Source: Acidobacteriota bacterium
GTDB taxonomy: Bacteria; Acidobacteriota; Terriglobia; Terriglobales; SCQP01
Reading direction: 5' to 3'
Assembly: GCA_021826505.1 (NCBI GenBank)
Contig: JAKAZV010000001.1
Coordinates: 34,713-98,712 of the forward strand
DNA: 64,000 bases
The position numbers and the translations under genes are program-made. Below the pieces are notes generated by a model, which was not told where the DNA came from, did not search any database, and saw only the letters and a program-made list of their open reading frames with translations. Each line of letters begins with the position of its first letter. The first letter of the stretch is position 1. This document shows, piece after piece, positions 28,655-38,733 of the stretch.

Positions 28655-29733
28655 GCTCTCAAAGAGCTCAATATTTCGCTTTCTCTTCCCGTTAAAACCG
28701 CCGCCAATTCGCGGGCCGCAATCGGCGCCAGCAATATGCCGTCCCGAAACAAGCCCGTAGCCGCCCAGACTCCAGGGATGTTCGTTGGGCCTAGTTGGGG
28801 CAATCCAGTTTCTGAATAAGGCCGAAAGCCGCACCAGCTCTCTGCGGGGAAATCCTTTATTGCCGGAACCATGGCGACCGCGGCCTTGAGCAATTGCGCC
28901 GCGATTTCTGGATTAAGCCGTGCATCAAAGCCCGCATCTTCCAGACTGGCGCCGATCATGATGCGGCCGTCGGAACGAGGGACCAGATAAACTTCGGGTC
29001 CCAGAATGACATGCCTGATCAAGTCTGCCGGCGCTTGCACACACAAAAGCTGCCCTTTGCGCGGAACAACCGGGACATGGATTCCGGCAAACTGGCCCGA
29101 CCATGCTCCCGCCGCAATGATCGCCTGGCGAGCAGTAAAGCAGCCGTTTGCGGTTTGTATCCGGATGGCATGATCCGGAGTCCGCCGCAGCTCGCCAACT
29201 TCGCATCCGGTCAGCATTGCGATTTTATTTTTGCGGACATACTGCCAGAGCGCTTGCACCAGCTTGCGATTATCCACCGCATGATCGCCGGCTATAAGAA
29301 CGTAATCATGCGCATGGGCCAGATGCGGCTCATCCTCATCGGAAATCCCGGACGCTTCCGCGCAGGCCGCGGCATGCGCGCCGCCCATTCCATGGCGGCT
29401 GGCCAGGGTGCCAATGCGGCGATAGTCGCAATGGATTCCGGTCTCGCGCTCCAGGCCGGCGGCAAAGTCAGGGTAATATGCGGCCGCGGAGAGGGCAAAA
29501 GAATGAAGCGGGATATGTGGTGGGAATCCCGAAGGTCCGAGCATGCCTGCCGCCGCCCATGCCGCTGTCCCGGCCGCGGCCGTAAGAGCCGGCAATTGCT
29601 CCGGGCTGGCTGGCGCGCGTTCATAGACGGCTACGTGAGCTCCGGCGGCATGGAGTTCGCGGGCCAGGCACAAACCCATGATTCCGGCGCCGATAATGGA
29701 AAAATCCGGGATTCCCGTGGATGTGCCGGACAT
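28651..29733 (-). CDS. thiO: FAD-dependent oxidoreductase, glycine oxidase ThiO-like
   Basis: IIGAGIMG, AAAGML, PRKGQ, YLVPRSDGR, W.GFRP, ATGLFRDGILLAP. Confidence 0.75.
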   Translation of the reverse strand: MSGTSTGIPDFSIIGAGIMGLCLARELHAAGAHVAVYERAPASPEQLPALTAAAGTAAWAAAGMLGPSGFPPHIPLHSFALSAAAYYPDFAAGLERETGIHCDYRRIGTLASRHGMGGAHAAACAEASGISDEDEPHLAHAHDYVLIAGDHAVDNRKLVQALWQYVRKNKIAMLTGCEVGELRRTPDHAIRIQTANGCFTARQAIIAAGAWSGQFAGIHVPVVPRKGQLLCVQAPADLIRHVILGPEVYLVPRSDGRIMIGASLEDAGFDARLNPEIAAQLLKAAVAMVPAIKDFPAESWCGFRPYSETGLPQLGPTNIPGVWAATGLFRDGILLAPIAARELAAVLTGRESEILSSLRA

Positions 29734-29745
29734 TTGAATCTGGAA

Positions 29746-30300
29746 TTATTGCTGGGTGATAATCAAATGCGCGCGCACCACCAGCCGGTGCGGCGCGGGT
29801 CCGATCCAATATGTAGGGTAGCAGGTAATTAAAGTCACTCGGGCGCGATGCCCCCGCTGCAGCACCTCGGTATCGCGGGGCGAAATAATCTTCTTCCAGG
29901 CCACGCGATAGGTAAATTTTCGTCCGTTCGCTTGCACCAGAATCAAAGTTCCCGGCCGCACGGCATACAGCCGGCGGAAAAAAGTGTCCCGGTGTCCGGC
30001 GATGACCATATTTCCCTGTGTGCCGGCTCGCGCCGATTGCGGCAGCCATTCCGGTCCTTCCAGCAGGGCCCGGTACCCGTCACCCGGGACGACGATGTCA
30101 TCTAAATGAATGGCGGGAATTTTTAAACGGATCAGGCGAAGGCGGCTCTGTTGTGGCTGTGGCTTTCCGATGACTTGCCGCTTCCACTCAAACCGGAGCT
30201 GCCCCTGCCGGAAAAGCATATAGCCGTATTGGCCCAGCGCAGCGGTTACAAGCGCCAGGCCGGTAATCAGCAATAAACTCTCCGTCCGCCGCATCCTCAT
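29746..30300 (-). CDS. class D-like sortase (second paralog)
   Basis: N-terminal TM; IAGHRDTFF; TLITCYPT; PHRLVVRA. Confidence 0.92.
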   Translation of the reverse strand: MRMRRTESLLLITGLALVTAALGQYGYMLFRQGQLRFEWKRQVIGKPQPQQSRLRLIRLKIPAIHLDDIVVPGDGYRALLEGPEWLPQSARAGTQGNMVIAGHRDTFFRRLYAVRPGTLILVQANGRKFTYRVAWKKIISPRDTEVLQRGHRARVTLITCYPTYWIGPAPHRLVVRAHLIITQQ

Positions 30301-30367
30301 TTCAGGTCAGATGCGGCAACCGGCGCGCACGGCCGAGCAGCCAACCCGGCCGCGCCGTTCGGCTCCG

Positions 30368-33300
30368 TTATTGGATATGGCGCGTGTTGTAGCGCAGCCG
30401 GTACGCGGCAACCTGGGGTGAAATCGGAGCGCCCGCGGGCGTGGGGTAGGGAACTCCATGCAGCGGCAGCGGGCCGACATGGTTGGGGCGGGCGTCGAGA
30501 AAATCGTCGCCCTTGGTGAAGCCGTCGGCGTAAAAAAAGAAACTGCGCTTCCAGCCCTTCCGCAGCCGAGGCAGGGTGCTCATGGCAAATCGCAGCGCGA
30601 TCTGATCGCCCGAGGCCATGATCACATACCGGTTATCGTTGTGCCGCAGCAAGGGCAGCACGCTGCCGTAGCGGGTGTAATTGCCGGAGACAATCCGATA
30701 GCCGATATTTTGCAAAATCCGGCTGTAGTCATATCGCGCGGGATGATTCGAAACTTGCCGCGGGTAGCCCAGGTGATTTAAGTTCGCATAAACCGCCCGC
30801 AACCGTGTAATGCGCAAGGGAGCGGCCGCAATACTTCCCACCTGTATGCGGTTCCAGTAGATGGCCAGATTGGTGCGGATGCGCACCCGGGCGTCGCCCG
30901 CCGAGAACTGGCGCAGATACGGCGTCAGATTCACCGCGATGGTGCGCGGCAATCCCGCCGGCGCGCCCATGGACGCGATTACTGTCTTCCATCCCCCCCG
31001 CCCATTGGGAATTTGCAGTTGCGGCGGCAGATCGCGAATGCCGGCATGCCGCGCCGTCCACTCCTGATCGGGGAAATAATAATCCGTCCAGCCATGCAGC
31101 AGCAGCAGCGCGCTTTTCGCATGCCGCAAATTTCCCAGGTTGATGGTTAACTCATGCGTTCCGGCATAGCCCGGATAGGGCGCCCGGGCCTTGATCGGGA
31201 TATACCGGCGGCGCTGCAGGTAGCTGAATACATTTTGGCCGTGGCCATTGGTGACGGCGATAGGCGACCGCAAATGCCGCACCTGCCAGACATGAAACGG
31301 CGCCGGCTGCCCGGCGGGCTGATAGCGGCCATTGGTGAAGACGCGCGTGCCGGCGGGGTGATCAATGGCGATCAAGCGAATTTTATCGAGATAGACGACC
31401 TCCTCCATCTGATCGGTAAAACGGAAAGAATAATGCCCGGCTCGCGGCGCCAGCTCGCCGGCGGGAATTTTAAAATATTCCGACGGCGCGGGCGTGTCGT
31501 ATTGGCTGCGTCCCGTCCATTCGCCGATCACCCCGGGACCGATGATATCGTCCAGAAAATGAAACCGCCGGCCATTCCACACATACAGCATGGGGCACGA
31601 CCCGCCCTTACGGTTCAGCTCGCCGATCGTCGCCACGTGGACCGCGCCGGGAAATTCATATTGATCCACGCCCGTGGGCCATAAAATCCGCACATAATCG
31701 GGTTTGCGGTATGGCCCCATGCCCAGCAATTGCGCGCTGGGGTTTTGACCCAGATATCCGGATCCGCCCTCGACTTCTACTTTCTGCCGCAGCGGCCCGG
31801 CTTGCAGCCAGATTTTGTTGCCGATCCCGGTTTTATTGTCTTTCAAGCCGCGGCTGGCCAGCAGCAGAGCATGATTTTTCTGCGCTCCCTGGCCGGGGAA
31901 AATGCCGCGCAGAATCAATGCCGGACCTCCGGCCTGCGTGGCGATCAGGCTGTCGGCGCCGTCGTTGAACAAGTCCGCCGCCAGGAGGGTGCGGCCATGA
32001 TGCAGGTTAATATTGGCCAACCCAACCGCCGCGCTCACGTCGGCAAAAGTTCCATTGCCCAGATTTTTATAAAGGTATATATGCTCGGCGCCCCGGCTTT
32101 TGCCGATAAATGCGATGTCCATCAGCCCGCTGTTGTCGTAATCGAGCGCGGTCGCGCCCCAGGCGGAATGAATCGTGCTGTTCACCGCGGGCAGCGGCAC
32201 GGGCCGGAAATGATTATTGCCAAGGTTTTGCAGCAGCACCGGCGGGCCGTTTTTGCGGGTGAAAAAAAGATCCATGCGGCCGTTCTGCAAATAATCCAGC
32301 GCCATCACCCCGCGCGCATCCGGCGCCGGGTCACCTGTCCAGGGCGTGACCGTCGTAAAGGTGCCATTGCGGTTATTGCGGGCCAATTCCGGCGCGCCAT
32401 CCTGCCGCGTCAGCGCCACATCCACGGCCCGGTCATTGTTGTAGTCGGTGCCCAGAATGCCGGAATACGCTCCCGCGGTTTGGCCAATGCCGCTGCGGGT
32501 GGAATCGAGAACAAACTTTCCCGTGGCAAGATTGCGGAACACTGTGATGTGGCCGCCGGGCGCGCCGTTGCTGGCGACCAGGTCAAGAAATCCGTTATGA
32601 AACAGGTCAATGAAGGCCAGCCCTAAAAATGGGCCGGGGGCGGCAATGCCGGCGCGGGCCGTAATATCGGCATATTTTCCCGCCGGGTTTAATTGAAATA
32701 AAAGGATGCGCCGGGGCGTTGATATGGCAATGGTAGGCCGGCCGGAGTTATCAAAATCGCCCACCGCGCATCCCAGCCCGGTGAGCGGCTGGGTAAAGCC
32801 AATTTTGGCGCTGATGTTCTTAAACTTGCCGTTGCCTGAATTCTGAAAATATGCGGGCGGGGCGTGATCGTTCAAAAATAGCAGGTCCGGCCGCTCAGGG
32901 TGCCCCTCATCAATCACGCAAGCGCCCGAGCCGGCAAACCGCGAAGGATTTTTGGCCAGATTTTTAAATGCAATCCCTGTCTGCGCGGTGACGTTTACAT
33001 AGCGGACCAGCGCCGCATGCGGGGTATAAACCACTTGCTCGGGCAAGCGCCCCATGACTTTGGCCAAAGGGCCTTGCTCGCCGTAGATCACGCCGATGGG
33101 CTTATTGAGCTTGTCCTTGCGCAACTCGAGAAACCGGCGCATGTAAACCATGGCCAGGCGGGGTTGATTGAGCTGACGGTAGGCGTTGGCCACGCCAAAC
33201 AGCGCCGATATATTGTCCGGCATCGAGCGCAGCGTCCGCCGGTAATACAGGATCGCGGGCCGGAATTGGCCCTCATGAAACAGGGCAAAGCCATAAAAAT

Positions 33301-33739
33301 AGTTGGCATAGGGGTTGCGGGGCGCGCGCCGCAGCACCGCCTGAAAGTAGCGGCCGGCAGCCGCGAATTTGCCGTGATTTTGCTCGATCAGGCCCAGCAC
33401 AAACAGCGCATGCAGTTCCGCCGGATGGGCACGCAGCACCTGTTGCAGAACTCCGGCCGCCAGTGTGTCGTGGTTGCCGGCAAATTGCGCAATGCCCAGA
33501 TTGACCTCGGCATTAAGATATTGCGGCGCCAGCCGCAGCGCGCTCCGGAAGCAGGCCCGCGCCAGCTTATATTCGTTGCGGTTCATGTGGGCGATGCCGG
33601 CATTGTTCAAGTGCACCGCTTTTCCCCAGGCATCGGAACTTTGTGCCGGGGGACGAGTGCCGGATAAAATACCGGCGCAAGTGAAATACAGCAGAAATGC
33701 CGCAAGGCGCGGCAGCCAGCAGGAATGATTTCGCATCAC
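30368..33739 (-). CDS. TPR + FG-GAP repeat + ASPIC/UnbV (CRTAC1-like) secreted protein
   Basis: Signal peptide; N-terminal TPRs; D.DN.G..D repeats with FRN.G.G.F; GSGYLGQ...GMG...WPTG; GSCP.LYVWNG..F.F..D C-terminal domain. Confidence 0.85.
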   Translation of the reverse strand: MMRNHSCWLPRLAAFLLYFTCAGILSGTRPPAQSSDAWGKAVHLNNAGIAHMNRNEYKLARACFRSALRLAPQYLNAEVNLGIAQFAGNHDTLAAGVLQQVLRAHPAELHALFVLGLIEQNHGKFAAAGRYFQAVLRRAPRNPYANYFYGFALFHEGQFRPAILYYRRTLRSMPDNISALFGVANAYRQLNQPRLAMVYMRRFLELRKDKLNKPIGVIYGEQGPLAKVMGRLPEQVVYTPHAALVRYVNVTAQTGIAFKNLAKNPSRFAGSGACVIDEGHPERPDLLFLNDHAPPAYFQNSGNGKFKNISAKIGFTQPLTGLGCAVGDFDNSGRPTIAISTPRRILLFQLNPAGKYADITARAGIAAPGPFLGLAFIDLFHNGFLDLVASNGAPGGHITVFRNLATGKFVLDSTRSGIGQTAGAYSGILGTDYNNDRAVDVALTRQDGAPELARNNRNGTFTTVTPWTGDPAPDARGVMALDYLQNGRMDLFFTRKNGPPVLLQNLGNNHFRPVPLPAVNSTIHSAWGATALDYDNSGLMDIAFIGKSRGAEHIYLYKNLGNGTFADVSAAVGLANINLHHGRTLLAADLFNDGADSLIATQAGGPALILRGIFPGQGAQKNHALLLASRGLKDNKTGIGNKIWLQAGPLRQKVEVEGGSGYLGQNPSAQLLGMGPYRKPDYVRILWPTGVDQYEFPGAVHVATIGELNRKGGSCPMLYVWNGRRFHFLDDIIGPGVIGEWTGRSQYDTPAPSEYFKIPAGELAPRAGHYSFRFTDQMEEVVYLDKIRLIAIDHPAGTRVFTNGRYQPAGQPAPFHVWQVRHLRSPIAVTNGHGQNVFSYLQRRRYIPIKARAPYPGYAGTHELTINLGNLRHAKSALLLLHGWTDYYFPDQEWTARHAGIRDLPPQLQIPNGRGGWKTVIASMGAPAGLPRTIAVNLTPYLRQFSAGDARVRIRTNLAIYWNRIQVGSIAAAPLRITRLRAVYANLNHLGYPRQVSNHPARYDYSRILQNIGYRIVSGNYTRYGSVLPLLRHNDNRYVIMASGDQIALRFAMSTLPRLRKGWKRSFFFYADGFTKGDDFLDARPNHVGPLPLHGVPYPTPAGAPISPQVAAYRLRYNTRHIQ

Positions 33740-33771
33740 CTGTTGATTTTAATGTATGGATGGGGGAAAAC

Positions 33772-34644
33772 TCAGGCAGAAGCCTGCCGTATGGCGTCAT
33801 CCGGCTGAGTCTCCGCGGGCCAGGCTGGGTAAGCGTACCGCCCGCGCAGTTGATTCATCCGGATGGTCAGAATATCGCCGAACATTCTCAGGCTGTCGCG
33901 CAGCATGCGAATCTTAGCGCCTGGAACGTGCGCCCAGACCACCGGAACTTCCACCGTATGGATATGCCGTTGCCGCGCCAGAAACAATAATTCTGGGTCA
34001 AATCCCCAGCCGCAGATGCGTTGATAGGGAAAAATGGCCAGAGCGGCCTCGCGCCGGAACAATTTAAACCCGCATTGCGTGTCCCGGAAGCGCAATCCGA
34101 GCACTAAAATCACCAGCCGGTTGAAAACCCGGCCCGCCCATTCGCGAAAGCTGCTTTGGTGGGCGCGAATGAGTTCGCGGCGGCTGCGGCTGCCGATGGC
34201 GATATCGGCGCCCTGTTCCAGCGCCGCGCCCAGCTTTTCAAATTCTTCAATCGGCGCGGCCAGGTCGGCATCGCTGAACAGCAGCCAACGGCCGCGGGAT
34301 TGCAATATGCCATTACGCACGCTGTAGCCTTTGCCCTGATTGCCGGGGTTTTGCAGAATGCGGATGCGGTTATCCCCGGCTTGCAGGGCCTGGGTCGAGG
34401 CCAGGGTGGAATCCCGCGAACCGTCATCCACTACGATGATTTCGCAGCTTCCCGGGTATTGTTTTAAATATTCCTGAATGCGCCGCAGGGTGCCCGGCAA
34501 GCGCTGGTCTTCGTTATAGGCGGGAATAATGATGCTGAGATCACAGAGGCCATTGGGCGCATTGGATTCCCGCGCGGGCCGGCCGGATTCCCGCGCATGA
34601 CCCGGTACTTTCGCCGTGGGTGGGGAAAGGGAAGGCGGAGTCAT
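33772..34644 (-). CDS. GT2 polyprenyl/dolichyl-phosphate glycosyltransferase
   Basis: SIIIPAYNE, VVDDGSRD, NQGKG, FSDAD, DTQCGFKLF, GFD.E. Confidence 0.9.
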   Translation of the reverse strand: MTPPSLSPPTAKVPGHARESGRPARESNAPNGLCDLSIIIPAYNEDQRLPGTLRRIQEYLKQYPGSCEIIVVDDGSRDSTLASTQALQAGDNRIRILQNPGNQGKGYSVRNGILQSRGRWLLFSDADLAAPIEEFEKLGAALEQGADIAIGSRSRRELIRAHQSSFREWAGRVFNRLVILVLGLRFRDTQCGFKLFRREAALAIFPYQRICGWGFDPELLFLARQRHIHTVEVPVVWAHVPGAKIRMLRDSLRMFGDILTIRMNQLRGRYAYPAWPAETQPDDAIRQASA

Positions 34645-34677
34645 GTCTTTGCAATGATGCGCCAGGTTAGCATCGCG

Positions 34678-35664
34678 TCAATGTTCCAGAAGTCCATGAT
34701 CCATCAGATTTAAAAACAAGGGCATCAATTCCGGGTCCCAGCGGCCCACCGCGGTTTCCCGCCGCATGATGGCGCGGGTTTCCTCCCGGCTCAAGGCGCG
34801 CTTGTAGGGGCGCGGCGTGGCCAGCGCGTCGTGGCAATCCACGATTTGCAAAATGCGGGCCAGATAGGGAATCTCTTCGCCGCGCAGGCCATCCGGATAT
34901 CCGGATCCATCCCAGTGTTCGTGATGATGCCGGATAATGGGAATCACTTTTTCCAGGGTGCGCATGGGACGGCAGATTTTTTCTCCCAGCATGGGATGCG
35001 TGCGCATGATGCCCCACTCCTCCGCCGTCAGCGCTCCCGTTTTGTTCAGGATCGAATCCGGCACTACAATCTTACCAATATCATGCAGGATTCCGGCCCG
35101 CCGCAAGGCCACCATTTCCGCTCCGCTTAGCCGTAAATGCCGTCCCATGGCCACGGCATGCTGCGATAACCGCGCGCAATGGCCCTGGGTGTAGGCATCG
35201 CGCGCCTCCACGCTCAGCGCCAGGGTCATGATCACGGCTTCGGCATTATCCAGTTCGTCGGTGTACTGCTTGATGCGCAGCAGGCTTTTCACCCGCGCAA
35301 ACAGCTCCTGGGCATTAATGGGCTTATTGATAAAATCATCCGCGCCCGCCTCAATGCCCATGAGTTTGGCCCTGGGGTCGTTGAGGCCGGTCAATAAGAT
35401 CACGGGAATCAGCCGGGTTCGGGTGCTGTCTTTCATTTCCCGGCACAGTTCGATGCCCGATTTTCCCGGCATCACCACGTCCAGAATCATCATGTCCGGC
35501 AATTCATGTTCAACGAGGTTTTGCGCCTCTTCCGCATTCCCGGCGGTCCATACCTCATAACCGCGCAGGTGTAGCATGTCCCGGGTCAAATCCCGGCTGA
35601 TTTCGTGATCATCCACCACCAGGATGCGGAATTGCCTTTCCGGAAAATATTCCGAAAGCGCCAT
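34678..35664 (-). CDS. response regulator with HD-GYP c-di-GMP phosphodiesterase domain
   Basis: REC domain (ILVVDD, LDVVMP, KP); LHDIGK; HHEHWDGSGYP; RPYK. Confidence 0.93.
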   Translation of the reverse strand: MALSEYFPERQFRILVVDDHEISRDLTRDMLHLRGYEVWTAGNAEEAQNLVEHELPDMMILDVVMPGKSGIELCREMKDSTRTRLIPVILLTGLNDPRAKLMGIEAGADDFINKPINAQELFARVKSLLRIKQYTDELDNAEAVIMTLALSVEARDAYTQGHCARLSQHAVAMGRHLRLSGAEMVALRRAGILHDIGKIVVPDSILNKTGALTAEEWGIMRTHPMLGEKICRPMRTLEKVIPIIRHHHEHWDGSGYPDGLRGEEIPYLARILQIVDCHDALATPRPYKRALSREETRAIMRRETAVGRWDPELMPLFLNLMDHGLLEH

Positions 35665-35738
35665 GATGCGAAAGTCGGCCTGAATGCCGATATGATTTAG
35701 ATGATGGCGGGGCGGGAACCGGCGCGGGAATCGGGCGA

Positions 35739-35996
35739 TTAAATTGCGCCGTCGGCCTGTCGAAACTTCGTTTCCGGCAGCCAATGCGGCTTAGGCGCTG
35801 TCGCCGGAGCCGGTTCGGCCCGAATCATGGATTTTTGATATAAATCAAGCAGAGTGGAATGCAAGTCCGCTTCATCCACTGCGCCGGTATAATGCCCGCC
35901 CGGCGCGGTGTTTAAAACGATAAAGATCGCCACAAAATCCCAGGCCGCATCGGCGCGGCCGGCCAGCAAGTCCAGAATCTGGCGTTGCAGATCCAC
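35739..35996 (-). CDS. small hypothetical protein
   Basis: Fills the gap co-directionally; TACAAT lies 6 nt before the GTG start. Confidence 0.5.
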   Translation of the reverse strand: MDLQRQILDLLAGRADAAWDFVAIFIVLNTAPGGHYTGAVDEADLHSTLLDLYQKSMIRAEPAPATAPKPHWLPETKFRQADGAI

Positions 35997-36018
35997 GGAT
36001 CTATTGTAGGGTTTTCCG

Positions 36019-36564
36019 CTATTCTCCGATCAGGATCGCGCAGCTCAGCACCGTCGTCCACATGCCGCGTTTATCGCCGATCGCCGACTGGGTGATATTC
36101 AGGGTGCGCACGATTTTATTCGAAATGCGGTAAATTTCTTTTTTCTCATCCCACGAGCGGTCGGAATCAAAATCCACGTTTAAGGTCGTGGCCAGCATCT
36201 CCGCCGCCAGCTCTTCCGCGTATTCTCCGGCTTGCTGGTCGGTTTGGCCGAAGGAATGGTGTTCGGAAAGATACCCGTAGGTATCGCGGTCCGCGGGCAG
36301 CGCCACGCCGATCGAGGCGGCGATCAGGCGATGGGGCTCGCGGGTGGAATTTTCGCTGATCACCGCGAATACCACCTCGCCCGGCTGCAGCAGATGCAGT
36401 CCCTGGGTCCGGGGAATCAGCTTGCAGCGGGGAGGAAAAATGCTGGAAACCCGCACCAGATTGCAGGCCGCGATGCCGGCATCCCGCAGCGCCAGCTCAA
36501 AGCTGGTCAGCCGCTCGCGGTGTTTGCCGACACCTTTGCTGAGAAATATTTTTTTCGCGATCAT
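36019..36564 (-). CDS. pdaD: pyruvoyl-dependent arginine decarboxylase
   Basis: [23 protein letters not shown] (Ser-Ser self-cleavage site), GYLSEHH. Confidence 0.92.
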   Translation of the reverse strand: MIAKKIFLSKGVGKHRERLTSFELALRDAGIAACNLVRVSSIFPPRCKLIPRTQGLHLLQPGEVVFAVISENSTREPHRLIAASIGVALPADRDTYGYLSEHHSFGQTDQQAGEYAEELAAEMLATTLNVDFDSDRSWDEKKEIYRISNKIVRTLNITQSAIGDKRGMWTTVLSCAILIGE

Positions 36565-36706
36565 TGCGATGGTTCTTTCCCGCCGCTTCTCGGTCGGCCG
36601 CGCTACGGCGGCGGAAAAAAGCCGGGAAAATCACCGTAACAAATATTGTGGTGGATGGTCAATCAAGAATGTGGCCGGGACGGTTAAATTTTTCGCCCCG
36701 CCGTTT

Positions 36707-36988
36707 TTAATCGCCGCCGCCGGCGATCGAGGGCAGGATCAGCACCTCATCCCGGTCCTGAAAACGGTACTGCGCTCCGCCCAGGAAGCGTATGTCCTCA
36801 TCATTGACGTAAATATTAAAAAACTTCCTGGCTCGTCCGTCAGCTTCGCACAGGCGCTCGCGCAGTTCGGGAAAACGCTCGCTCAGTTCTTGCAATAAGG
36901 CCGGCAGGTCGGCGGCTTTGCAGCTTACCGTGGCGGCGCCGGAGGTGAATTTTTGCAGCGGAGTGGGTATGCGGACTTGATATGGCAT
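36707..36988 (-). CDS. ThiS/MoaD/CysO-like ubiquitin-fold sulfur carrier
   Basis: VRIPTPL, NIYVNDEDIRFL, ILPSIAGG followed by GD-stop. Confidence 0.92.
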   Translation of the reverse strand: MPYQVRIPTPLQKFTSGAATVSCKAADLPALLQELSERFPELRERLCEADGRARKFFNIYVNDEDIRFLGGAQYRFQDRDEVLILPSIAGGGD

Positions 36989-37003
36989 GGCTGATTTCCT
37001 GGC

Positions 37004-38290
37004 TTAAACGAGTACGGGGTCGGCTGGGGTGGCCGTGGCAAAGGTGCTCAAATAATCTTCAAAGGCCCGGTACCGGGGCGGCAGGCGCACCGGCTCCGGT
37101 AGCGCCGGCGTGATCGCGTCCAGCGTCTTCAGGCCGTTGCCGGTAATCACCAGCACCAGCCGGGCCTGGGCCCGAATCCGGCCTTGCCGCAGCAGCTTTT
37201 GCGCGCAGGCCACCGTGACGCCGCCCGCGGTTTCGGCAAAAATCCCTTCCGTTTCCGCCAGCAGCCGCATGGCCTGGGTAATCTCGCCATCGGAGGCGTC
37301 CTCGCAGGCGCCCTCCGAGGCGCGAATCGCGTCCAGGGCAAAGCTCCCGTCGGCCGGGTCGCCGATTGCCAGCGAACGGGCGATGGTCTGGGGTTTTTGC
37401 GGCTCGATCTCGCGTTGATCGCGCTTGAACGCGGTTGCGATCGGCGAGCAGCCGGTGGCTTGCGCGCCATGAATCTGAGTGGCATTGCGCGCCCAGCCCA
37501 GCTGCCGCAGTTCCTGAAAGCTTTTGTGTATTTTCGTGATCAGCGAGCCGCCCGCCATGGGACAAACCAGCGCATCCGGCAGCTCCCAGCCCAGTTGTTC
37601 CGCAATCTCATAGCCCACCGTCTTGGAGCCTTCGGCATAGAACGGACGCAAGTTCACGTTGACAATGCCCCAGGGCAGGTTTTGCGCGATTTCGCCGCAC
37701 AGGCGGTTGACTTGATCGTAATTGCCGGTAATCTGCACCAGCCGGGCGCCATAGACCAGAGTGGCCGCGATCTTGGCCGGCTCCAGATCGGCGGGGGTAA
37801 ATATAAACGCCTGCAGTCCCAGCGCCGCGGCCTGCGCCGCTACCGCGTTCGCCAGATTTCCGGTGGACGAGCATGCCACCGTTTTCATTCCGAAGGCCTG
37901 CGCGTTCTCCAGCGCCACCGCGACCACCCGGTCTTTAAATGACAGCGTGGGAAAATTCACCGCGTCATTTTTAATGTATAGCTCCCGCACTCCCAGCACC
38001 CGCGCCAGCCGTGGCGCGGGCTGCAGCGGAGTCCAGCCGATCTGCAGTTGCGTGGTTGAAATGGCTCCCGCCGGCAGCGCTGGCAGCGGCAATAGCTCCC
38101 GGTAGCGCCACATATTGGCGGGCCGGGAACGGAATGTCTCGGGCCGCAGTTCCCGCTGTGCGCGTTCTAAATCGTAATGAACTTCCAGCGGCGCGAAACA
38201 CTCATCGCATCCGGCTTGCGGGGCCAGGGCAAAGGTCTTTCCGCAGCTTCGGCATCGCAATTCCAGGGCATAACTCATGGTCGGTTCCAT
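37004..38290 (-). CDS. threonine synthase-like PLP enzyme (second paralog; candidate O-phosphohomoserine sulfhydrylase)
   Basis: N-terminal CxxC..CxxC; PTLSFKDR (PLP Lys); SSTGN; ITGNGLK; lies between a SAM riboswitch and a sulfur-carrier gene. Confidence 0.88.
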   Translation of the reverse strand: MEPTMSYALELRCRSCGKTFALAPQAGCDECFAPLEVHYDLERAQRELRPETFRSRPANMWRYRELLPLPALPAGAISTTQLQIGWTPLQPAPRLARVLGVRELYIKNDAVNFPTLSFKDRVVAVALENAQAFGMKTVACSSTGNLANAVAAQAAALGLQAFIFTPADLEPAKIAATLVYGARLVQITGNYDQVNRLCGEIAQNLPWGIVNVNLRPFYAEGSKTVGYEIAEQLGWELPDALVCPMAGGSLITKIHKSFQELRQLGWARNATQIHGAQATGCSPIATAFKRDQREIEPQKPQTIARSLAIGDPADGSFALDAIRASEGACEDASDGEITQAMRLLAETEGIFAETAGGVTVACAQKLLRQGRIRAQARLVLVITGNGLKTLDAITPALPEPVRLPPRYRAFEDYLSTFATATPADPVLV

Positions 38291-38328
38291 CCGTGGATCC
38301 AGAGCCGGAAGCCTGCCGGGAGAGAGGC

Positions 38329-38360
38329 AAAAAAATACCCCTTCCTGTAAAAGAAGAGGC
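38329..38360 (-). terminator. intrinsic terminator of the riboswitch expression platform
   Basis: Minus strand: gcctcttc-loop-gaaggggt, then a and T7, between the aptamer and the start codon. Confidence 0.7.
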
Positions 38361-38391
38361 TGGGGTGGGGTCTTGCGACCTGCTCGCCCTG

Positions 38392-38503
38392 TCTCATCTT
38401 TCCCTTGCGGGCAGGAGTTGGCACCTTGTCACCGCGCGCTTGCGCGCTACAGCCGGTTGCCGTGGCTTCGACGGGCCTGTTCCCTCAGCCACTCTGGATA
38501 AGA
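38392..38503 (-). ncRNA. SAM-I (S-box) riboswitch
   Basis: Minus strand: CTTATCCAGAG..GAGGGA..GGCCC..GAAGCC..GGCAACC...GGTGCCAACTCC...AAAGATGAG; all conserved S-box elements present. Confidence 0.95.
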
Positions 38504-38733
38504 TTCAGGGTCTCTTATGCAAGAGACGCTATTCAATTGTCAGTCCTAATTTAACCCGGATTTCATCTGCCGTCAATCGTCTCGGCAAAACCCGCGCGCA
38601 TAGCGGCTCATTCCTGCATTGTTTTCGCTCTGCGGTATGGTTTCGCCTGCAGTAAAAGCCTCCGCGCCACAGACATTCACGCTTACAATCGTATCTGGCG
38701 CCGGTGGAATCTTTTTGTTGTAATTCAAAACTC

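Noticed and set aside
36638..36654. NrdR-box-like sequence upstream of pdaD
   Set aside because: Only a partial match, single copy, and no ribonucleotide reductase gene nearby.
28651..36988. ThiO-like gene plus ThiS-like carrier as a thiamine pathway
   Set aside because: They are about 7 kb apart, there is no thiG, thiE or TPP riboswitch, and the carrier is the longer MoaD/CysO type under S-box control.
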